The notes beneath the pieces were generated by a model. The model saw only the letters and a program-made list of their open reading frames with translations, made no database searches and was not told the DNA's origin. This document shows positions 58,042-64,000 of a stretch of 64,000 bases of DNA, piece after piece. The stretch is taken from NCBI GenBank assembly GCA_963840455.1, contig CAWIYV010000010.1, forward strand, positions 192,001-256,000, in the 5' to 3' direction. The translations under genes were made by a program, and so were the position numbers. Source of the stretch: Nitrospirota bacterium. Lineage in GTDB: Bacteria; Nitrospirota; UBA9217. Each line of letters opens with the position of its first letter. The first letter of the stretch is position 1.

Positions 58042-58662
58042 TTACGGATTCTTCGGCTCTATGATCTTGATCTTCATCTCGATGCGGTCGTTCGGGTTAT
58101 CGTTGGCGTCCCGCGGCTGCGAGACGATCTTGTCGGCAACCTCGATGCCGCTCTCCACCTCGCCGAACGCCGTGTACTGCCGGTCCAGGAAATTCGAATC
58201 CTTCACGCAGATGAAGAACTGCGAGCCGGCACTGTCCGGGCTCTGCGACCGGGCCATGGAAAGGACACCGCGCTTGTGCGGCTTGTTGTTGAACTCCGCC
58301 TTGATGGTATAGCCCGGGCCGCCGGTGCCGTATGCCCGCCGCTTGGCCGGGTCCTTGGAGGTCGGGTCGCCGCCCTGGATCATGAATCCCGGGATGACCC
58401 GGTGGAACACCGTGTTGTCATAGACACCCTGCTTCGCGAGGTCGATGAAATTCTTCACATGGCCCGGCGCGACATCAGGATAGAATTTCAGCGTAATGTT
58501 CCCGAATTTCGTTTCAATGACCGCTTTCGTCTCCGACATTTTTTTGATCTCCTCTTTCGTTGCCGTAATGGTCTTTGGCGCCGGCATGCCATACTGGGCA
58601 TAAGCGGCGAAACTCAAACAGATGCCGATGATCGCTGCGAAAAATATCCTACCGGTTCTCAT
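58042..58662 (-). CDS. Exported cyclophilin-type peptidyl-prolyl isomerase
   Basis: Signal peptide; FHRVIPGFMIQGGDP, SMAR, SAGSQFFI. Confidence 0.92.
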   Translation of the reverse strand: MRTGRIFFAAIIGICLSFAAYAQYGMPAPKTITATKEEIKKMSETKAVIETKFGNITLKFYPDVAPGHVKNFIDLAKQGVYDNTVFHRVIPGFMIQGGDPTSKDPAKRRAYGTGGPGYTIKAEFNNKPHKRGVLSMARSQSPDSAGSQFFICVKDSNFLDRQYTAFGEVESGIEVADKIVSQPRDANDNPNDRIEMKIKIIEPKNP

Positions 58663-58859
58663 CCTGTGCGTTCCTCCTTGCATTGATTGCGTGATTGCGC
58701 TCGTGAAGGGACAAAGATATACACTTTTACCAGAAACCCGGGGGGAAGTCAAACAAAACATGGAATTACATGGATTTACAGGGCAGGGACCGCGGTATTG
58801 CTCCGTCCGGTTTGACGATGGATGATGATGTTGCTATACTGAAGGCAGGACCGTGAACC

Positions 58860-59255
58860 ATGACAACACCTGCCAATGAACGACGAGAGTTCATCCGCGT
58901 TCCCTTCCGTACGGAGATCGAGATCCATACGCCCGCCCGCACGATCCGTTCCCGCAGCAGCCTGGATATCAGCATGAACGGGCTCCACACGGAAACGGAT
59001 GGGCCTGCTCCGGAACCCGGCACCCCCTGCCACGTCAGGATCACCCTCTCGCTTGAAGAACCCCGGATAAGCATCACAGTAAAGGGCTTGATCGTCCGCG
59101 CTGAGCCGGGCACCCTCGCCGTCCACTTTACCGAGATCGACATCGACAGCTATGAGCACCTGCAGAAGCTTATTTTGAACAACGCGAAGGACCCCGAGCG
59201 AGCGGAGCAGGAGATCAGCACGCATTGGGGCATCCGTAAGCCTCTGGACCCTTGA
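58860..59255 (+). CDS. PilZ domain protein
   Basis: ERREFIR (RxxxR) and DISMNG (DxSxxG); promoter TTGACG-17-TATACT. Confidence 0.88.
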   Translation: MTTPANERREFIRVPFRTEIEIHTPARTIRSRSSLDISMNGLHTETDGPAPEPGTPCHVRITLSLEEPRISITVKGLIVRAEPGTLAVHFTEIDIDSYEHLQKLILNNAKDPERAEQEISTHWGIRKPLDP

Positions 59256-59325
59256 AGCTCCCTGCATCCCGCCGCGGGGAATCTTCGATCCTCACCGTGC
59301 ATTCGTAATCCTCATCGCCCGCTCG
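59252..59325 (+). mobile_element. Two-hairpin repeat element, copy 5 (truncated/degenerate)
   Basis: TTGAAGCTCCCTGCATCCCGCCGCGGGGAATCTTCGATCCTC...; its TGA is the PilZ stop. Confidence 0.65.
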
Positions 59326-59496
59326 TGGATCCCTCTGCGGAGCGAACTGCCGGACAACGGCACATCCGCCGTTAGCCGGCACGTATCCGATCTGATCAGC
59401 GCCACATGCAGTTCTTTAGGATACGAGGGTCTCTCCAGATCAGAGAGCCTGCAGGAATATCGTGAAGGAGAGGAGTTACGAACGCCCGGCACACGG

Positions 59497-61680
59497 CTAC
59501 CGTCCGTGCAATGCCTTTTTGTTATCGATGATCTTCCTGACCAGGGCAAGCAGCTCGCCGGCGTCGAAGGGCTTCTGCAGGAAATAGTCCGGCTTGACGT
59601 CATCACTCTTTTCGCTGTACCTGCTATACCCGGAAACCGTCAGGAACCGGGTCTGAGGATCGATCTCTGCGATCCGCTTCATCATTTCTCTTCCGTCGAG
59701 CAGCGGCATGACCACGTCCGTGATAACGAGCGATATTTCGCTATGCATCTTCGTGAACGCATCGATAGCGCTCATCGGGTTCGTCGTCGCGATGACCTTG
59801 TATCCGTTCTTCTCCAGCGCCTCCTTGATGAAGTTCAGCACGCTCTCATCGTCGTCCACCAGCAGGACCATTTCGCTACCGCGAGCCGAGAGGACAGCCT
59901 GCTTCCTGGGCATCGATGTGACCTTTGCACTGACCGGCAGATACACCGTAAAGGTCGTTCCCTGGTTTATCTTGCTCTGGACCGTGACGAATCCCTTGTG
60001 CTCCGTGACCACGCCGTAGACCATGGCGAGCCCCAGGCCCGTTCCCTTGCCCCGCTCTTTGGTCGTGAAGAACGGCTCGAAGATCTTGCGCTGGATCTCT
60101 TCCGGGATCCCGACGCCGGTGTCGGCGATCGAAAGCATCACATAGTTGCCTGCGGGAACATACGGAGGAACGCCGTCCACGCCGGGGCGGGCATCGATGG
60201 CCGACGACGTGACCGTAATGATGCCGCCGTACGGCATCGCGTCCCGGGCATTGACCATGAAATTCATGAGCACCTGTTCGACCTGGTTCATGTCGCCCTC
60301 AATGGGCGGAAGACGCTCTCCGAGCGCCAGACGGATCACGATCCGCTTGTCGATCACCCGCTCGAGCAGCTTGACGGTATCGCGCACGACGTCGTTGACA
60401 TCGAACGGCACCCGTTCGATCTCGCTCTTCCGGGAGAAGCCCAGAAGCTGGGACACCATGGTGCCAGCCTTGCGCGAGGCGTTCTCGATGACACTCAGCC
60501 TGCTGAGCACCTTTTCGTTCGCACCGACGTCCCGCCGGATGAGGTCCGTGTATCCCAGGATTGCCGTGAGCACATTGTTGAAGTCGTGGGCGATCCCGCC
60601 GGCCAGCATGCCGATGGAGTCCATTTTCTGCGCCTGGAAGAGATGCTCCTGGATCTTCTTTTTCTCGGTAATGTCCCGCTGGAATGACTGGATGAACACC
60701 TCATCATGAATGGGGATCGCTTTCGAGCTGACCTCGAGAAAAATGCGGGTGCCATCCTTCTTGAAGTGTTCGGTTTCGTATACGAGCGTTTCTCCTTTCA
60801 AGATCCGCTGTAAACGCTCTGCCGCTTCACCGCGCCGTTCGTCCACTTCCAGCAGGCCGCTATGGGAACCGACCAGTGCTTCTTTACTGAAACCGTGCAT
60901 CTCGGAGGCGCGATCGTTCGCGTTCATGATGATGCCGTTCTGGTCCAGGACCATGATGCCGTCGGTCGCGTTATCGAAGAGCGCCTGATGCCACTGGTTG
61001 GACTTGCTCAGCTCTTTGGTTCTGTCCTCGACCATGGATTTCAGCTGGAGGGAATAGACTTCCAGGTGCTTTTTCTGTTCCTCGAGGTCGTATTGGAGAG
61101 CAAGGTTATCCATGAGGAGCTTCTGGCTGAAATAGCGCCATCCGAGACTGCCAAAAATACTGGCGACTAAAAATATATTGCTATTAATGAAGACCCGTGA
61201 ATTAGTAATGGGATCGAGGAGGAGGATTGGAACGACATATATGCCATAGGCGATCGAATTAACGAGCGCCGTCATCTTGACAGAAAGTGGGAGAAAACCC
61301 AGTATAAAGATCAGCACCACGATCAGCCCGGTATAGTAGATAGACTGATGACCGCCAAAATGCAGGATCATGTATTCGACCATCGATATCGGTATCACCG
61401 TGGAAAGGATTATGATACCGCGTTGAAAGTTTTTCCCATGATTTTTCTTCAGCTTGGTAATGATAAAGAGCAGCATAACCGCCGACGAGGCAATCAACCG
61501 ATCGAAGAAGAATCTCGTGAAATTCTCAGGGGTAACAAAGTAGTCCAATATCCCTAATATCAGAAGAAAGAATGCACCATAAGGCAAAAGCACGGCCAGT
61601 GACGAGCTAGTCAGGGCAAAAAGCTTGTCTTGTATATACCGCTCTTTTTTATAGTACGCTTGACCTTCGATATCAGCCAT
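59497..61680 (-). CDS. Hybrid sensor kinase: multi-TM sensor + PAS + HisKA/HATPase + REC
   Basis: About 6 TMs incl. [11 protein letters not shown]; PAS; AHDFNN; GKGTGLGL; C-terminal LVDD..TDVVMP..KPF. Confidence 0.92.
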   Translation of the reverse strand: MADIEGQAYYKKERYIQDKLFALTSSSLAVLLPYGAFFLLILGILDYFVTPENFTRFFFDRLIASSAVMLLFIITKLKKNHGKNFQRGIIILSTVIPISMVEYMILHFGGHQSIYYTGLIVVLIFILGFLPLSVKMTALVNSIAYGIYVVPILLLDPITNSRVFINSNIFLVASIFGSLGWRYFSQKLLMDNLALQYDLEEQKKHLEVYSLQLKSMVEDRTKELSKSNQWHQALFDNATDGIMVLDQNGIIMNANDRASEMHGFSKEALVGSHSGLLEVDERRGEAAERLQRILKGETLVYETEHFKKDGTRIFLEVSSKAIPIHDEVFIQSFQRDITEKKKIQEHLFQAQKMDSIGMLAGGIAHDFNNVLTAILGYTDLIRRDVGANEKVLSRLSVIENASRKAGTMVSQLLGFSRKSEIERVPFDVNDVVRDTVKLLERVIDKRIVIRLALGERLPPIEGDMNQVEQVLMNFMVNARDAMPYGGIITVTSSAIDARPGVDGVPPYVPAGNYVMLSIADTGVGIPEEIQRKIFEPFFTTKERGKGTGLGLAMVYGVVTEHKGFVTVQSKINQGTTFTVYLPVSAKVTSMPRKQAVLSARGSEMVLLVDDDESVLNFIKEALEKNGYKVIATTNPMSAIDAFTKMHSEISLVITDVVMPLLDGREMMKRIAEIDPQTRFLTVSGYSRYSEKSDDVKPDYFLQKPFDAGELLALVRKIIDNKKALHGR

Positions 61681-61684
61681 AATA

Positions 61685-63111
61685 TTAACTGGTGCTGCCC
61701 CGCTCCCTTCTTATGATCGTTTGAGCAGTATCATACCCTACGTACGTGACGCCGGATATTCCCAGCCCCTGGGTCGTCCAATGTCCGGTTAAATACAGGT
61801 TTCTGACGAATGACGGTTTTTTGAAGCCAGATACCGCTAACTGTGAGGGCATCCCTGCCCACCCAAAAGATGCCCCCTGATAATTTAACGTGTATCGATG
61901 CAATGTATGCGGTGTGGCCGCTGTCCTATATTTTATACAATTTGATAGCTGAGGTATAGAGTTATTCTCGATTTTCTTAATGAGCAGCTCAAGCGCCTTA
62001 TTTTTATTTTTCAGCCAAAATTTTTTAGTTTTATAGGGCGCCGGCACGAGCGCGATCAGTGTTGATCTGTCCTTAGACAACCGCAGCATATAGCCGCCAA
62101 AGCCGTCCACATCCCCTTCACAGGCAGCACGGTATGACCGATCTAAATCATAGTGCGAGAGAAACCAAAGATTCGTTCCTGCCCTAGGTAAAAACTTGCT
62201 TTGACAGTCTATACCGAGGTAGGCAATGAACATTGACGTGGAGGGCACAAGGGCAGTCAGCTGCTCGCAAAGTTCTTCCGGAATTTTCTTTTTCCCAAGA
62301 AGTTTGAGAAACGTTTGTCGTGCATCTCCATTAGAGATAACATAGTGGGAGGGCAGGTAGCCGTCTTTTTCGACAACAATACCTTGTACCTCGCCATCTT
62401 TTGCTTTTATTTTTTTGACCAAACAGGACAATCGCAATTCTCCGCCAAGCTCCCTGAATCTTTCGGACAAAGCATCAGGGAGCGCCTGCATGCCGCTCTC
62501 CGGATGATATCCGCCATCAAGAAGAAACTCCGAGAACAGCTTCGAACCAATAAATGCGGACATACGTGATGGCGGCAGGCCACCGAGCCCCAGCAAGGGG
62601 GCGGCCAGAAGTGTCTTGATCCTGTCATTGGTACAATACTGATCGAGAAGGTTTTGGAAGGTCCAGCTCCTGATGCGGGAAAATGAATGAGGGTCCGGAT
62701 TCAACAGGAATTGAAAAAAATTCTTTACGTTTTCCCGTTCCTCCGGAAAGATTGTTGCAAATCCTTCAATGGTCCGATGGATATCCGTCCAGAAAGAGAC
62801 CGTATGATCCGGCGTAATCACCGTATCCGACGGATCGGACCTTGGTAATGTTGAGTTTCTTATCTATTCCCAGGTCTGCTACATACTTTTCTTGTAATTC
62901 CATCTTTCCGATAACCGCCAAAACAATGGGCCGCAGCGTCAAACGTAAAGCGTCCTCTTCGGAAGGACGTGCAGTATCCTCCCGGTTTATGGTGTTGTTC
63001 GGCGATGAGCACCTTCAGTCCGGCCTTCGCAAGATAGCACCCGCAGACCAGTCCGCTCATACCCGCACCGATAATGATAACATCGTACGTTTCTTTATCG
63101 GGTTTTGCCAT
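61685..63111 (-). pseudogene. Phytoene-desaturase-like FAD oxidoreductase, frameshifted near 62841-62881 (pseudogene or sequencing error)
   Basis: IIGAGMSGL...EQHHKPGGYC..F.RG.F.FD in one frame; TP.TL.RYT..G..GW and NLYLTGHW in another; DLGIDKKL in the intermediate frame. Confidence 0.78.
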
Positions 63112-63112
63112 C

Positions 63113-63364
63113 TCAGGTCTTTTTTTGCTCAATTAATTTGCTGACCAGATCCATCGCCTGTTTCACCGTTGCAAGCTTCGGAACATCCTCGTCCCTAACC
63201 GAGATCTTGAATTTTTTCTCAATGGCAACGGTTATTTCTATGGCCTTGATAGAATCGATTTCCAGGTCTTGGAAAAAATTGGTGTCCGGCTTGATCTCTT
63301 CCGGTTCGTAGCCAGAGACCTCTGAAATGATCGCGATGATGTCCTTCTCGATGTTCTCTCGCAA
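63113..63364 (-). CDS. Acyl carrier protein
   Basis: DLEIDSIKAIEI (phosphopantetheine Ser); acidic, 83 aa; TTG start. Confidence 0.88.
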   Translation of the reverse strand: MRENIEKDIIAIISEVSGYEPEEIKPDTNFFQDLEIDSIKAIEITVAIEKKFKISVRDEDVPKLATVKQAMDLVSKLIEQKKT

Positions 63365-63379
63365 ATCCCTGCCTCCTTC

Positions 63380-64000
63380 TCACGACTGAAATTTTTTTAT
63401 GACCAACGAGGCATTGTTCCCACCAAAAGCGTATGAATTATTGAGGGCGATGTTAACTTCGTGCGCGCGAGCTTTATTGGGCACACAGTCAATATCGCAT
63501 TCCGGATCAGGTGTTTCATAGTTGATCGTCGGCGGGATCATATCATCCTTCACGATCAGTGCGCATGCGATGGCCTCAAGGGCCGATGCCGCACCCATGG
63601 TATGTCCGAGCATAGACTTAATCGAGCTGACCGGGATCCTGTTGTACCGTGGGCCAAAGACCTCCTTGATCGAAGCGCATTCCATCTTATCGTTCGCAAG
63701 CGTGCCGGTCCCGTGGGCGCTGATATACGATACGTCATCTTTCCCGATGCCGGCTTCGCGCAATGCCCTTGTCATGCATGCTGATATGCCTTCGACCGTG
63801 GCCGTCGTCATGTGGTGTGCATCGCAGCTGAGACCATAGCCGCCTATCTCGGCATAGATGTTGGCCTTTCTCCTTACGGCAGCCTCAAGCGACTCGAGAA
63901 TGATGATCCCTGCGCCTTCAGCGGGGATCATTCCTTTTCTATTTTTGTCAAATGGCTGGCATTTCTCCGGCGCTACCGCCTTGAACTGATTGAAGCCGGT
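63380..64000 (-). CDS. fabF: Beta-ketoacyl-ACP synthase (FabF-like), partial
   Basis: QPFD..RKG..AEGAG, AHGTGT, KSMLGH..GA, N.YAFGG.N. Confidence 0.88.
   Translation of the reverse strand, partial: TGFNQFKAVAPEKCQPFDKNRKGMIPAEGAGIIILESLEAAVRRKANIYAEIGGYGLSCDAHHMTTATVEGISACMTRALREAGIGKDDVSYISAHGTGTLANDKMECASIKEVFGPRYNRIPVSSIKSMLGHTMGAASALEAIACALIVKDDMIPPTINYETPDPECDIDCVPNKARAHEVNIALNNSYAFGGNNASLVIKKFQS

Noticed and set aside
7974-59325. Repeat family as a CRISPR array or simple terminators
   Set aside because: Copies are dispersed with no spacers or cas genes, lack U-tracts, and share conserved non-hairpin sequence and ends
62855-62870. Programmed -1 frameshift joining the oxidoreductase halves
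   Set aside because: No slippery heptamer, and the homolog-like DLGIDKKL lies in the third frame, which needs two separate shifts
1-64000. tRNA, rRNA, integrase, transposase, prophage or defence genes
   Set aside because: None recognised by eye; tRNAscan-SE and Rfam searches would be needed to exclude small RNAs formally

Overview
GC-rich bacterial chromosome segment, mostly minus-strand genes. Gene content (RACo/ASKHA corrinoid activator, DapL lysine pathway, HrcA/CIRCE, PPi-PFK, multiheme cytochrome, GEMM riboswitch) suggests an anaerobic diderm such as Nitrospirota or a Desulfobacterota relative (inference). Housekeeping blocks: speD-speE-speA, rng, panC, moaAC, pfp, hsp20-hrcA-grpE-dnaK-dnaJ with two CIRCEs, and argG-argH-lipoprotein-lysA-dapF-dapA-dapB-dsbC-FAH-dapL-folK-dNK. 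The most notable region is a ~15 kb sulfur-handling locus (14.9-30.1 kb). It holds a stand-alone tandem PhnD-like binding protein, a histidine kinase with a 7-Cys domain inserted inside its HAMP, and a sigma54 activator. These face two clear sigma54 promoters that drive a Cys-less TusA plus GT-C glycosyltransferase and a YeeE, two paralogous microproteins and an exported rhodanese, next to a YeiH exporter, a TerC-kinase-like fusion and a 7-heme lipoprotein that appears to start at ACG. Non-coding signals: five co-oriented copies of a ~116 bp two-hairpin element resembling a non-autonomous IS200/IS605 derivative and carrying a promoter-like motif, many inverted 7/8/9-mer short tandem repeat cassettes between genes, a c-di-GMP-I ON riboswitch, a structured speD leader and several apparently leaderless genes. 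The window ends in a lower-GC fabF-ACP-(frameshifted) FAD oxidoreductase-sensor kinase island. No rRNA, tRNA, CRISPR array or transposase gene was recognised. All calls come from reading motifs by eye; no database searches were run.
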